Shown: one piece after another, positions 43,961-58,368 of the stretch
Layout: every line of letters begins with the position of its first letter
Numbering within the stretch: position 1 is the first letter of the stretch
Source of the DNA: the human T2T-CHM13v2.0 reference genome, Homo sapiens
Direction: 5' to 3' (one strand)
Assembly (NCBI RefSeq): GCF_009914755.1
Contig: NC_060930.1
DNA: 64,000 nucleotides
Notes under the pieces: model-generated
What the model was told of the DNA's origin: nothing
Databases searched by the model: none
The model's input: only the letters and a program-made list of their open reading frames with translations
Translations under genes and position numbers: made by a program

Positions 43961-46900
43961 AGATTCTCCTTTGTCTAACAACTTCACCCCACAGCAGTCT
44001 GCAGAGTAGCAGTTTGACAAATAAAACGGGAGATGCAGCTACTGCAAATAGCAAAAACCACTTCACTTCCAAATTTCCCAAGTCCCGGGGGAGCCCACTT
44101 AAGCATTCCTCCAATAGAGAGCCTGTTAAACCGTAATGGCTTTAATTTGGTCCAATTAACCTCACACTGGGCTAACTTCTGCCCTTAGCTATGGGTTGGC
44201 AGCTACTGCTGACTCCAGGTACAGTAGTGGGCAGGTAACACCAGAAACTAACTCGGCGAATGAAAGGAAAATATGTTCGCCACATCCTCCAAGCAGGAGG
44301 GGAAAAACGACCTGGCTCAGGCATGCTGCTCCAAAGTGCACATTCAACCCAGAAATCTTCCAAGAAGCCAAATGAGGTGAAAACAGGACATGTCAACTGA
44401 GAATGCGAGTGAGTTTTGTTTGTTTGTTTTACATTGTCAGTTGCCTTTCATTTGCAGAACATGCTGAATGGATGTGATTTCCAGCTCTCTGTGATTATAA
44501 GTCTGATTCAATTCCTTTCAAGGCATAAAAGCCTTTTCTTGCCGAGTTGTCTTTGGGAATTCTTCACTTGAAGTTTATTCTTTCAGTATAAGGCTGCCCT
44601 GCCCAAGTGGGAGACCGAGAGCCTGCTGTCTCTTTTACACACAGCGACCTGTGTGGGGTCCTCCACACCCAGGATTAATGTTCTTCTTTTTGGACATTTG
44701 AATGGTGGTTTTCACCGTCAATGGGCTATGGTTTGTAACTGAATAATGGGAAATGACAATAGAACACTTGGGGCGGGGACTGGAGAGCTGAGGTCCTCTG
44801 ACCCAGCCACCTGTATTATATAAGAGAAATCAGAACCCAGACTCCAGAGCGTGCTCCCAGAACCCTGGGGTCCTGAGAGGGTTAAGTGGAGGGGTGTGGG
44901 GGAAGAAGCTGAGCACATCGAACCCCTCTTCCTGTTCAACTAGAGCATCTCCATTTTGATATATTTTCAACTTTTAAAGTTTTACATTTATACAGAAAAG
45001 TGCACCAATCACAAATGCACAGCTCGATGAACTTTTACAAACAGAACACATCTGCAGAACCAGCCCAGATCCAGAAACAGGGCCACCCCTCACTGCTGCC
45101 TTTCAACACCACCCCAGAAAGAAACCACTGCCCTGGACTCTCACAGCATCTCAGTGATACATTTTATACATTCAGGCTCCACATAGGATTGTTTTAAACT
45201 TTTTATTTTGAAATAATTATAGATTCACAGGAAGTTGCTAAGAGAGTACAGAGAAGCACATTGAATTTTATATTCATTTTCAACGTTCAGAAACAAAATT
45301 TTTAAGTTAAAAAACCGGTGGTTTAAACTAAATTAGCAAATGGACGGGTTTTGGAGCCAGGCCACGTGAGATTGAGTCCACATTCTTTCCCTTACCAGCA
45401 CATGACCCCAGACTTGTCCCCTAATCATCCTGAGCTGCAGATGAGGCTCATACCTCCTTCCTGCTATTGGTGGGATTAAAATCAAAGTGAGACCGTGTGC
45501 ACTGCAGGAGGTGCCCGGAGTGATGGATGCGGCAGGAGTGTTCAAGCAGTGCCTCTCCCATCTGCAGCTTCGTCCGGTTTCCAGTCAAGCACTACTGCAC
45601 GCCCAGCACCCCAGCTCCTCCACCATTCCTCTGCCTCCCATGCCTGCAGCAGCTTCGCCCTCCAGCTGTTGGGGCAGGTGGGGTCTGGAGGAGTAGCCAC
45701 CTGGATAGGAGAGCTGGGGAGGACTGACGAAGCAGGCCTGCCCTAGGTGCCTCACCTGTGGGCTGGCCATTGTGAAATCAGCCCTGTTCATGTGCCACCT
45801 GAAAAGGCTACCCTACCCTCCCCCCCCACCCCCACCCCCGACGCTGGGAAAGGGTGTGGCTCTCTGCTCATTAAGGAAGCATTCCCACTGTGGATGGGTA
45901 ACAAAAGGCAACCCTCAAGGAGTGACCTTACTAAATCCAAAGGAATCCGGCCTCCTCTCATTAGTGGGAGGGTAGCTGAGGGTGACTCTTGGCCAGCCGG
46001 CCCTGAGTCATTGAGGGAAGAAAGGCCAAGCCTGCATGACCCATCTCAGAGGCCTTGCCCTGGACAGAAAGGGACCTGGAGCCACCCGAGAGATAACATC
46101 TGGGCGGGCCTGGGGCTGGATCCACCTGTCCACTCTGCGCACCTAAGGCCGTGCCTGCCACACCTCCAGATCCAGGAAGTTAGCAGGCAGGCAGCAGTAC
46201 TCAGGGAGGCCTCCAGATCAGCCCCCAAAGGTCTACACTGTGGAACCTGCTTCTCCTCTCAGGAAAGACTTCTGGCCTCACCCCCTCTTCTAGAGCATGC
46301 GATTCTAATGAAATGGAGCTTCTCACTGGAGCCCAGGTTTCCATTCTACCCATGTCACCTGTCCCTAGAGGAAAGGCTACCCTCCTTGCCCCTGCAGGGG
46401 TTGCCCTGTTGTACCTCTGTGAGGGCTTGGTCCTGGCCCTACGTGCCTCCTCTCTCTGCCTTCCAGAGGCTTCTCTGCTCCAGCACTTCCCTTGGGCCCA
46501 CCCTCTGGGGGTTTTCAGTCCAAGAATGGATGGAGAGGAAGAACCTGTCCCTCTGGTTGCCTACCATCTCTCAGGTGTCAAAATGTGGCACACTCCAGTG
46601 ACACCTCTGGGGACCAGAGCATGAGCCAGCCTGTACCTTGAGGCAGCTGTGCCATTCTGGGAATTTTCCCCTTTCCTTCCTCAGTGGTTAATCTTAGGGT
46701 GGCAGTTTTAAGCCTAAGGTCAGGAAGCTCTGGCAGAAGAGGCAATGATGTTGATGGTGATAATGATAATAATAATAGATAGGGTGGCTGGAGGGATGGT
46801 GAGTGGCGTGGGAGTGAGGATGAGTCCCAGGTGGTAGTCTTAAGCAGTCTGGACACCCTGCTGCTAATGATAGGCATCACTTATTGAATACCTATATGAA

Positions 46901-47364
46901 CCATGGGTTGCACTACGTGCTTTGCACGTGTTGTGCCACTTAATCCTCCCAATAACTCTATGGAGGTCATCATCATAGGGTTACGATGTCCTGTAAGTAA
47001 CTTGCTTAAGGTCATGTAGCTAGTAAACACAGAACTAGAACATGAATGCAAGTCTGTGTGACTCCATGCTCCTTTCCTTTTTCTCTCTCTGTCCCTTGTT
47101 CACCCTACAGAAACTCTTAACCTTCCTAATTTTCTATTCTAGAAAGGGTTTATTTTTAGCTAACCACCTGCTATGCTTGTTGAGAATAACCAACACCTGT
47201 TAAAGCTTAAGGTGTCACCCACCCTGGGGGTATTTGCATTTTAATGGAAACCTGGGTGACAAGATAGTAACCAACACTTGCGTAGAGCAGTGGCTCTCAA
47301 AGTGATGATGTAGGCATTACAGTTTGTAGACACTGTTTGCATTCATTATCCCATTGTTTTATAG

Positions 47365-47545
47365 CAGTGCTTCTCAAACTTTAGAGGGCATCGGAATCAC
47401 CTGGAGACTTGTGCAATCACAGATTACTGGGCCTCACCCAGAGTTTCTGATTCTGCAGGTTTGGAAGGGCCTGAGAATTTGCCTTTTCAACAAGTTCCAG
47501 GTGATGCTGGTAATGCTGGCCTGGGAACTACATTTTGGGAACTAT
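47365..47545. mobile_element. MER5A MITE
   Basis: 'cagtgcttctcaaacttt...atcggaatcacctggagacttg...aacaagttccaggtgatgctg...cacattttgggaactattg'. Confidence 0.85.
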
Positions 47546-48901
47546 TGCATTGTAGCAATCCAATAAAATTAGAATAGCAAGCATTATTGTTTCCATTTTT
47601 TAGACAAAGAAATTGAAGTGCAGGGACATTAGATGACTTGTGGTTGAGTGATGGAGTTATCAAAAAGCAGGCGAAGGACTTTGACCCAAGATAGGACTCT
47701 TCTATACCATTATTTCTCAACAGGTCTGGGCAGTACTGAGATTACTGCAAAGATGATTCAAAAAAATTATATGAGCCTCTACTAGATCACCCAGGTGGCT
47801 ATGGAGACCTGAATGCTGCCTGCTCTTCAGGGCACATGGCTGCATTTGTGTATGCAAAGGCATTACCCCAGTGAAGTGAGAGCACGTGGCAGGGAAGCCT
47901 GCCAGACTCAAAGGCCTCATTCACGTGTATGCAGACGTGTCGCACACAGACCCGTTTTACTTTACTTTCATCTAACAGTTTGCAGCGAGAATTGGCCAAC
48001 AGGACCCAAATTCTGTCTTCAAGTGGAAAAGGCAGAGGTCTCCAAAGGCTGGAGCCAGAGCTGGCTCTCAAGGATTGCTCCTAGCAGAGCTTTGGTTAAG
48101 TATGAGTACGACATCCCTGAAGGAAAAATAGCCCTGCAGTTACTAACTTCCACAATGTACCTGGGTGCAAAGGCATCCTCTGCTAATGGCATTATTAAAG
48201 TCCAGTGCAGAAACAGATGCAGACTCATGCTAACTTGACCACTTAATTCAGTGTTGGCAATTTAGTTTCAGCAAAACCAGACACTTACCTGAGAGCCATA
48301 GGATTAAGGAGTTTTTATTAAATGTCATATCTAGCTTATATTTAATTTGGACATATTCAAGAAACAAACATGGCGAAAATAATTTAAATCCATACTAAGA
48401 GGTTTGAGGGGTTTTGTTGTTTGTTTTTTTAAACAGACAGCCATACTTCTTAAGTTTCAGAAATGCTGCTGTATCTATGTTGCCCTGGCTTGAGATCCTA
48501 ATAAATCCCAAGGTATCACCTTGGGATACCCCGGGATGCAGAAGGCAAATCCCACCGTACGTGATGCCTCTCCTTCCCCAACCCCCAAGTGCTGCCGTGA
48601 CTTCTCTTACAAAAGTGAAATTGAGTTATAAGAATATGATGAAAAGTTTTGATAAATGGAACTAAAGAACATAATAGTAAATTAAAGTAAAACGGTATAA
48701 AAAAAAAAAGGAAGAGAGAGAGATGTCCCCACAAAGCATTCTGTGGCCTGAATGGTAGTGTGGCAGGGTAAGGGTCATGGGGACCTGGTCACACCATTGC
48801 CCCAGGGCAACCAGTATCAGGAGTTTTACAGCCAGGTAGTCAGGAGGAACTTAGTCATCCTGGTGCAGTGGAAAGGGCATTGGATTTAAAGGCAGTCTGT
48901 A

Positions 48902-49089
48902 TGGGTGATGTTGTACAAGCTTGTAGTCCCAGCTACTCTGGAGGCTGAAACAGGAGGATCACTTGAGCCCAGGAGTGGGAGGATGGAGGATGCAGTGAGC
49001 TATGATCACTCCACTGCATTCCAGCTTGGGTAACAGAGCAAGACTCTGTCTCTTAAAGAAAAAAAAGAAAAAAAATTACAAAATAAAAA
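48902..49089 (+). mobile_element. Alu monomer (FRAM/AluJ right arm) inside a MIR
   Basis: TSD taaaggcag(t/a)ctgta. Confidence 0.85.
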
Positions 49090-49881
49090 TAAAGGCAGAC
49101 TGTAGGCTCTGCTCTAGCATTTCCAAGTCATGTGACTTTAGACAGCTTATTTAGCTTCTGAGCCTCATTTTTACTGTCTGTAAAATGGGAACTGTGCTCA
49201 GAGTGCTTCCCGCTTTTAAAGGAGATCAAGCAGGAGCCTGTCTACACTGGGAAGCTCCAGACACATTTGCCCTTATTGTTTCATCTGTCCTTTTTCCAAG
49301 TGCTGTCTGTCTCCCCCACCAATTCTGTAACTCTGCTCTTCTATCTCACTGCTCCTCCTACCCCATCCTCAAGGCATTACCAGCCTCTCAGTCCCCATTG
49401 GCAGGAGGGTTCGGCTCCACGGAGGCCAATTTCCAGGGCATGCCAAGGGAGGGTCGATTCTAATCTTGCTAAACCTGGGCGGGCCCTGGAAGTCTTCTGG
49501 TCCCACCCCTCTTGGAGAGATAAGGAAGTGAAACCAGACACGGTGGATGTGACCTTCTTAATGCATCACCTGGACAAAGATCGAGGAATGTACTCTCGGA
49601 TTCTTTTTCAATAAGTTCTCTCTTTTCCCCATTCTTCCTCTTATATACAAGGATGGAAAAGGGGCCAGATTTTCTGGAGGCTTGAGGCCCATTTGGCAGA
49701 GAGAGTGACACACAGAGAAAAGCCAGAGAACCCCGTCTGGGTGGGAGAAGCAGGTCAGGAGTCAAATGCCTGGGAACAGAGGGCATGGTGGCAGGGGACA
49801 AAAAAAGAGAGCTACTGGAGAGTTCCAGTCCCTGGGAGGATTCAGAAGGAAAGCTGAGATATTCCTGTTAGGAATATTCTC

Positions 49882-50187
49882 GGCCCGGTGCCGTGGCTCA
49901 CGCCTGTAATCCCAGCACTTTGGGAGGCCGAGGCGGGTGGATCACGAGGTCAGGAGATCGAGACCATCCTGGCTAATATGGTGAAACCCCTTCTTTACTA
50001 AAAATACAAAAAAAAAAAAAATTAGTCGGGCGTGGTGGTGGGCGCCTGTAGTCCCAGCTACTCGGGGAGGCTGAGGCAGGAGAATGGCATGAATCCAGGA
50101 GGTGGAGCTTGCAGTGAGCCGAGATCGCGCCACTGCACTCCAGCCTGGGTGACAAAGCGAGACTCTGTCTCAAAAAAAAAAAAAAAA
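49882..50187 (+). mobile_element. AluY
   Basis: AluY diagnostic positions. Confidence 0.95.
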
Positions 50188-50399
50188 TTCTCAGAATACT
50201 CTCCTTGGGAGTAGAGAAGTTCTATTTTTTTTTCCTTCTCTTTTTACCCATTATGATGGTAATTCCAAAAGATCACTTGCAGGGAGAGGGGTGGGGGCCG
50301 GGAGTGCTGAGAGAAGTGGAGTGAGTCATTGCAGAAAACTTGAGCGGGGCAGAGAAGGGGTTCAGGATCTGAAACAGGAAAGGCTGGGCCCTCTGTTAC

Positions 50400-50518
50400 T
50401 CATAGGATGTGTCAATCATTCCAGCTTGGCAAATGGCAGGGAACCCAGAGGGACTTTTTCCACTGGAATCAGGACCCTGAGCCTGAGGACGTATTGAATT
50501 TAAATAAAAATTATTTGA
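50400..50518 (-). pseudogene. Exon relic: HD2-to-WD40 linker
   Basis: Acceptor ctaac..ttacctttcttttaatttccAG; donor tga|GTaaca; encodes FAKLE*LTHP (TGA likely from TGG), compare APAF1 LEWINK and TEP1 LRWLNKP as recalled. Confidence 0.55.
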
Positions 50519-50838
50519 CTGGAAATTAAAAGAAAGGTAAGTTAGAAAGAAATACGTTAACCTCAGGAATATGTAGACTCCAGAGAGGTTAGGGCCAGGC
50601 AAGGGTCTAAGAGAGGAGTGTTTCTTTTTCATCTGTGAGCCATTCTATCAGAAATCCTTATCTGTGCATGCTGCTGCATGATATTTTTGTTTTTTATTTA
50701 TTAATTTTTTTTAAGCTCAGTGGCAAGACATGCATGGCATTTTCTATGGCAAAGGTTTCACTATTCAGGCATGTAGATGTGTATCCGTAACACAAAAGCA
50801 GTCCAAATAATTCTTTTCAGATCATAGTATACAGTTTA

Positions 50839-51231
<393 letters not shown>

Positions 51232-51329
51232 TTAGAAGTCGGAACTATCCTCAATTATTGGATTTAAGTAAATCAAAAACATGCCTCGTTTTTGGATGTA
51301 GGTTTACTGGAGATGACTTAACTTCATTC

Positions 51330-52810
51330 CAGCCGATTTGTGATGAGTGAGGCATGGAGTCTGGCTCATAGCAGACAATTCAGTACTGATTCTGAAACGT
51401 ATCTCCAATTCCGGAAGTACCGTGTCTTCTAGGTGGTCAATCCACTGAAACTGAGTCACCCTCATGGGACAGATGCTTGATAACACAGCCACGCCCCCAC
51501 ACTCAAACTCCAGAGGCAGCTAGAGAAACTTATGCATGATTCATATTGCTTCATCTGTGACTCCTTCTTAAATTGTGACTTCATTTTCTCCAAATGGCTC
51601 TGCAGTGTTTCAAATCTGGGACTCTGTGGCACCCAGGGCAGTTCAGGAATGGGACAGAAAGGCTGTCTCAGGTTCATTTTCAAACCTCATGCCCATGTGA
51701 ATCTGGACACCCACACTTCTGTGTTCACGTTAGAAAGGCTCTCCTCTCCCCAGCAGCCTCAATTCGATACATTCAGACAATTTGTATCACAGCAAGAAGG
51801 TACAACTGAAGCCTCTAAGTTGTCTGGGGTAAATACCCGAGGTTCCCAGTCTGGCACCAAGAAAATTTAGGACACAGACACACGGACACACATGAGGAGT
51901 TTAGGAAAGGAGGTTTAATAGGCAAAAGAAAGAGAAAGAGAAAGGAAAACAGCTCTCTCTAGTTAGAAAGAGAGGGCTTCCGAGAGGAAAAAGAACCAGA
52001 GAAGAGCCAGTTGGCCATGGATGTGCCGGATTTCATAGTCAGGCTTGAGGAGGTGGTATCTAATTTATATAGGGCTCACAGATTGGTTCGATCAGGTACG
52101 ATGTTTACATAGCGCGCAGGGAAGGATGGCCGCCCCACCCTAATCTTATAAGGCAAATCAACTTTCCCCTTAGCTGGTGCCATCTTCTCTGCTCCTTACT
52201 GTACAGGTGGCTGGCAAAGAAGGGACGATGGAGCCGCCATTTTGAACATGGCTGGCACAACTGCCTGCATGTATGTCTGCAGCTCGATTTTATAGGCTGC
52301 TCTTTGCTGGAAAGGAAAATGATTTGGGGCTGCTTTTCATTAAAAGGAAAACCTTACCAAGGACTTCCATACCCTCACTATCTGCCTAAGTAATTGCATC
52401 TTCACTCCTGTATCACAGCTTTGTGAGCCACGTCAGAATAAATTCTGACAAGACCTGGGTCTGAGGACGCTGCTTAGTGTATCTCTCCAGGTTTTGACAG
52501 CCCAGCCCTTTGCCTGCATGAAAATAAACGGGATGTGCGCACTCTGCTTTAACTTCTTCCAAGTGCCCCATAAACTGGCCACAGCACAGGGCGTGAGCGT
52601 GAAGGAAACTCACCACCTCAGTCACTTCCTCCACCACTTCATATCTGCTAGGAGCCTGACTCGCCAAGTCCACCAAGTCTTCTGAAGAGGATTCCATAGA
52701 AAGTGGGCACATCTACCTTCCCTGTTAACTTGAATAAACTGTTCCATCTGCATCAGGTAAACTCACTTTTCCATGCTGAGACCAAATGTCTCAAATTCCT
52801 CATAGGGAAG
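51330..52810 (-). mobile_element. hAT (Charlie/Buster-type) transposase fossil, interrupted by an LTR
   Basis: Translates FETFGLSMEK..DG, then VTEVVSFLHAHALCCGQFMGHLEEVKAECAHPVYF, then WLTKL|YLL.CD.TNCLNVSN.RLLG, then HLEKMKSQFKK; matches the recalled Buster/SPIN core (VNFIRxRALNHRQF..LEE; WLxDLAFLxDIxxHLNxLNLxLQG). Confidence 0.8.
51807..52415 (-). mobile_element. ERV1 (MER4-group) solo LTR
   Basis: Minus strand runs TGATACAGGAG...CCCCAGACAACTTAGAGGCTTCA (TG..CA, 609 bp); 4-bp TSD caac/cagc. Confidence 0.85.
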
Positions 52811-53083
52811 TAGTTAGCCCCTGCCTAATTTGTATGCACTAATTGGGTAGAGGTTAAATTTTGCTAAAAACAAACAAAAAGCCTCAGTCCTGACGCACCT
52901 GGTAGGGAGTTGGGGCAAGTTGGCCAAATGCCTATCTGTTGGCTGATCCTTCCTGAAGCCAGAGGCAAAGCAGCCAGTGTTTGCTGGAAGCTGGATACAG
53001 CCTTTGCCACTGGCTGATGCATGTATCTCACTCAGACCGTAGGATACGGGACAGGGAGAACAGGAATGACAAGTCCGTCTCAC

Positions 53084-53354
53084 CTGCCGAATCCAAAGAG
53101 CTGTTCATGGCTACTGACAGCACCTTGCTGAGAAGGATGCTGGGGCAGCATCCAGGCTCCAGGAGACAGATCTGTGATTGTTCAGCCACGTCTGCAGCAG
53201 GCACAGGCTGGAGGAGCAGCAGTGCCTGGCATCATAGGTCTGTGTACCTTAGACAATAGCCAAGAATTCAGAGATCAATTTTTCCAGCACAGAACCCACA
53301 TCAGATGTAATATGGCCTCCAGTCTCTACACGTTGGCCCAAAATCCAACACCAA
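53084..53354 (-). pseudogene. Exon relic: HD2 helical domain
   Basis: Acceptor cttctcccAG; donor cag|GTgaga; with frameshifts FWANV*RLEAILHL/DVGSVLEKLISEFL...LCLLQTWLNNHRS/LLEPGCCPSILLSKVLSVAMNSSLDSA, compare TEP1 FLTNLHVVAAHLELG..LL...FRTFLRQQASIL..P.LL..AANQPLDSP as recalled. Confidence 0.6.
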
Positions 53355-53799
53355 CTGGGAGAAGCTACTTGAGGTCACATAAGAAAGAAAACATCAGGGT
53401 CCAATCTAGGGTATACCTTGGAGACCTTGGGGAGATTCCTCGAACTTTCCTAGCTTCCTCGTACTTGTTATTTTTGGCACCCGCCATTGATTTTCACAAA
53501 GGAATTGGCAGTAAGTCTTTTGAATTCCAGGGAAACCAATTGCTCATTTGCTTGTTTTGAGGAATGTGGAGTTGGGGAGATTGTGCCTAGCCCAAGAACA
53601 GGTCATGAGGGGAAAAAAAATGCTCTTTGTTGGGGGTAGCAGCATTAGAATGGAAAGAAAAGCAGGTCAAGTGCCTGGTGTCTGGGTACCAGGAGACATG
53701 AGGTGCACCTAGAGGACAGGTGAGAGAGGGGTGGGCAGGTGAGAGGGAGGCCATGGGGAGAATGAACAGGTGGGAGTCCTGTGTGATTTTTTTAAAACA

Positions 53800-54376
<577 letters not shown>

Positions 54377-54388
54377 CTGGAAGAAACT

Positions 54389-54389
<1 letters not shown>

Positions 54390-54423
<34 letters not shown>
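54390..54423. repeat. (GT)n microsatellite
   Basis: Directly visible. Confidence 0.95.
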
Positions 54424-54426
<3 letters not shown>

Positions 54427-56111
54427 ATTTGTGGCTATCATAGAAGTTAAACTGGTTCTAATTTCTAAACCATAAAACATTTATATTCCCATTAAACTTT
54501 TTCTTTTTGTAACCATTCTATATTCCCTCATAAGGCACATTGCCAAATTAAGTCTTCTAAGGAAATTCAGTACAAATTCTTTTCACGGCCCAAATACTCT
54601 TTGAAGAATGAAGAAAAACAAAATATGCCCATTTTCCTTGGAAGATTAGCTGGGCTATTTTATGAATTGAGACTCTTAAAATTAAATCATTTTGTTTGAA
54701 AGAAGCCAGAACGCACATTCATTCTCAATACTTCCTGCCTCTCGATGGGATAGTAGACATTTCCAGAGAATTGCCGTGCCAAAGTTCTACAAGTCTGGTC
54801 TTTAAACCTGTTTTCCAAGCCTGCCCTCCAGTTGTTTGTGGAGAAACATGCCTTTCATGGTAAATGGAAACATACCCAGTGTCAAGTTCTCTGCTCTTAG
54901 CTCTAAAATTAGAAAGTCTTGGGTGGGGGAGTCGAGTAGGGGCGAGGAGTGTTGGACTGACTGTACTTACTCAAAAACTCAAATTAGATGGCATTATCGT
55001 ATGTAATGTGTACTTTATTTTCCATGAAACCAGGGTCTTTTGAACATTGAGGAGGGGAGGGGGGATATGTTCCAGGGAGTGTGAGGAGAGAACGGTGATC
55101 CTGGGTTGACGGTTTGTATTCAAACAGGAAGCCCTCTTCCAGTCCACAATACTCTGGCCTCTGTTTGTTTGTTTTTTAAATTTTTACTTCTAAAATCAAA
55201 GTGGAAAGGGCAATAGATGGATGGATAGATTGTATGTGTGCGTATGTGTGTGTAATGTTGGGCAAGTTCTGAAAACTTGCAGTTTTACCTCTGAACTGTC
55301 CCTGAAAGTCAATCTCCTCCTGTCATATTCTTCCCAGTGTACCTGTCCCCAGGACACTCCAGTGTCCTGACTTTTCCATGTTTCTAAGCAGAACTATGAG
55401 GGTGGATGTCCCTGTTGCCAGAGCCACAGAGATGGGGCAGGAGAGAGGAAAGAGCTAGTGTCCAAGTGCATCTACTTCTGCTGCAGGCTAAGAGGCGGAT
55501 TCTCCTTTCTCTTCCACTTTGCCAGAAGGGGAGGAAGTATGTAAAAGAAGTCCTTGCCCTCAGTCTAGGGTCCTGTGAGCAGTTTTGCCCTGCCCATCGA
55601 AGCAAAGTTTTGCCAAACCCATTGCATGACTGTGCATTTGTTTACTTCCTCCTTTGCTTAGGTTGTAGGTCCTATTACCTAAATGTTAGCTCTTCTCTTC
55701 ATGTCCACCATTATTATACAGCCTTCTGGAGTGTAGGGGCTAGAATTCATTTATCTAAGTCTCTCTTTGGGGCTGGCATATAATTAAGAGTTCTACAAAC
55801 ATCTGAATGACATCTATGTGTGAGACCCATATTCCAGCACTTGAGTATGTGTCTGTGTGTATTGGGGTTGTGGGATTCCAAAGGTGACTCAGGCACCTGC
55901 AGTTTGCAAGATCCTAACTTCAGGGAAGGGAGAGGACATAATCTACTGTGGTGCCAGGCAGAAACAACACTCAGTGCCCGCTAGGAGATGCACACATACA
56001 CACATTATCGAGTCTCTAAATTGAACCCGGTGCTTAGCACATAGTAATACATGCTTGTTGGTTATGTTTAAATGTTCTAAATCCAAGAAATACTAAGTTT
56101 AAATATTTTAA

Positions 56112-56544
<433 letters not shown>

Positions 56545-57240
56545 CCAAGACATACTATATGAGTGGTGTTTCAGGTTTCCAGCCTCCAGCCCGCTCTTGA
56601 AGCTGCACTTTGGTGCAGCCTTTCTCTTTCCAGTCTTTGAAGGAGCCTTGAATGGGGTCCAACAAATGGTCCCCTCGCCCTCATCCAGGGTCTGTGGCAC
56701 CTCTTTCCCATTTCCTGAGGCCATGGGGGGATGATTGCAGCCTAGGGCTCTAGAAGCCAAGGGCTTCTAATTAGCAAACTGATCCCATTTGTGATGCTGG
56801 TTAGTTGGTTAGTGGTCGTAGTAAAACACCTAAAATTAGTCTCTGGTGAAGTATCGGCTTTGCTCAGGCAACCTCAGGTCGGTGGAACAAAGGGACTGGG
56901 GGCAAGATTTGCAGCCTGGCCACTGAGGAAAAACTCCAGTGGGGTAGGGTGAAGGGGAGGAGGCCACATTTACTCTCACTAAGTAAAATCTGAAAAGGCC
57001 CAACCAAGTTCTGTTGATTGCTGCTTGCTGGCAGTGGTGGCAAGGGAGAGAACAGACGGATACAAGGCTAGGGTCTGTTTTGAAGTCACAAGAGGAGCCA
57101 GAAATCGCTGGTAGAGGTCACTGCTTTGTTTCAAACAACTGAGATGACGTTGCCAAAAGGGAAAAGTTCAAAATCTGAACCTATTGTAGAAGTTATTTGG
57201 CACTTCTCCCTTCATTTATTTGACATTAAAGTGTGGTGTA

Positions 57241-57530
57241 GGCTGGGCGCCGTGGCTCACGCCTGTAATCCCAGCAGTTTGGGAGACCGAGATGGGCGGA
57301 TCACCTGAGGTCAGGCGGTCAAGACCAGCCTGGCCAACGTAGCAAAACCCAATCTCTACTAAAAATACAAAAATTAGCTGGGCATGGTGGCGCATGCTTG
57401 TAATTCCAGCTACTCAGAAGGCTGAGGCGGGAGAATTGCTTGAACCCAGGAGATGGAGGTTGCAGTGAGCTGAGACTGGGGCACAAAAACTCCAGCCTGA
57501 GCCAAAGCAAGACTGTCAAAAAAAGAAAGA
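57241..57530 (+). mobile_element. AluS followed by a purine-rich simple repeat (to about 57620)
   Basis: Dimer and GA-rich tail. Confidence 0.9.
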
Positions 57531-57794
57531 GAGAGAGAGGGAGAGAGGGAGGGCGGCAGGGAGGGCAGAAAGCAAGGGAAGCAAGGGAAGGAAGGAAGAA
57601 AGAAAGGAAGAAAGGAAAGATAATTGTAATGTACACTCTTTGCATGTGGCAAAGTATACTCTTTGCATGAGAAAGTTTTCTGGCAATAGCTACCAGTGTT
57701 CCTGTTTCATAGAGGACTCCAGCCCCTCACAGCATTGTGACTCTTGCCGTCTCCCTCTCTTTTTTCTGAAACCAAAGGGTTCTTTGCTCTTTAC

Positions 57795-58053
57795 CAAACA
57801 ATTTAAGCCTTGTTCTCATTTTTCACTTGGGATGTTAAAAATGCTCTCGGGAAACAGTTCTCCCATTCAGAAATTCCAAATATATCCGTGAGCCTTTATT
57901 ATTCTTCAAGGTTACAGGAATTTTCCTTGGAAGCTGTTTGGATTTGAGTAGAATTTTTGCCTTTCATGTCTCCTCTTGCTTTTAAAATAAGTTTTGGTAA
58001 ATTGAAGTCGCTGAGCTTATATTTGCTTATTTATTTTGCCAAATTTAGTCTGT
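57795..58053 (-). pseudogene. Exon relic: winged-helix continuation
   Basis: Acceptor gcatatttAG after a 108-bp GT-AG intron; joins in frame (LTVE|DRLNLAK*ISKYKLSDFNLPKLILKA); 3' boundary tentative (ttg|GTaaag). Confidence 0.5.
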
Positions 58054-58161
58054 CTAAATATGCTTTGTCATTACAAAACAAAAAAAGTAGTTTTAGGCTC
58101 TCCTCCTGAATTTCCTTTTAAAAATTAACTGGGCAAGATATTACAATGTGTCATTTGTTAC

Positions 58162-58368
58162 CTTCAACAGTAAGCTGGTATTGACATTAAAAAATGAAGC
58201 CAGCTGTACATAAAAAGACATCTTTTGGCGTCTGTTTTAACAATTTGAACAAAACCTCGAAAGCCATTTCGTCTTCTGGTCTCAACTTCGTAAATTAGAC
58301 CCTTGAATCTGCCAAATTTCAGGAGCTCCTTTATCTTAATGCGGAGATACTCCTCCAAAGAGAACTAA
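58162..58368 (-). pseudogene. Exon relic: HD1 and winged-helix start
   Basis: Acceptor ttctatatAG; donor aag|GTaaca; EYLRIKIKELLKFGRFKG/FTKLRPEDEMAFEVLFKLLKQTPKDVFLCTAGFIF*CQYQLTVE, compare TEP1 PLYLRLV..HLRLF...LP....L..IL..LE....DVL..AL......SGLTVDQL as recalled. Confidence 0.65.

Noticed and set aside
45747-46601. Longest ORF (284 aa)
   Set aside because: Non-ATG start, low-complexity P/S/L-rich composition, no recognisable domain; consistent with a chance ORF in GC-rich DNA
54700-54870. Minus-strand FLHKQL..ENRF..TLARQF resembling a NACHT winged-helix motif
   Set aside because: Needs a frameshift, has weak splice sites and competes with the better-fitting exon at 53800-54376; left unassigned
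58164-58358. Superficial similarity of the ORF-track peptide to ABCD transporters
   Set aside because: The alternative frame gives a much better, collinear fit to NACHT HD1/WHD
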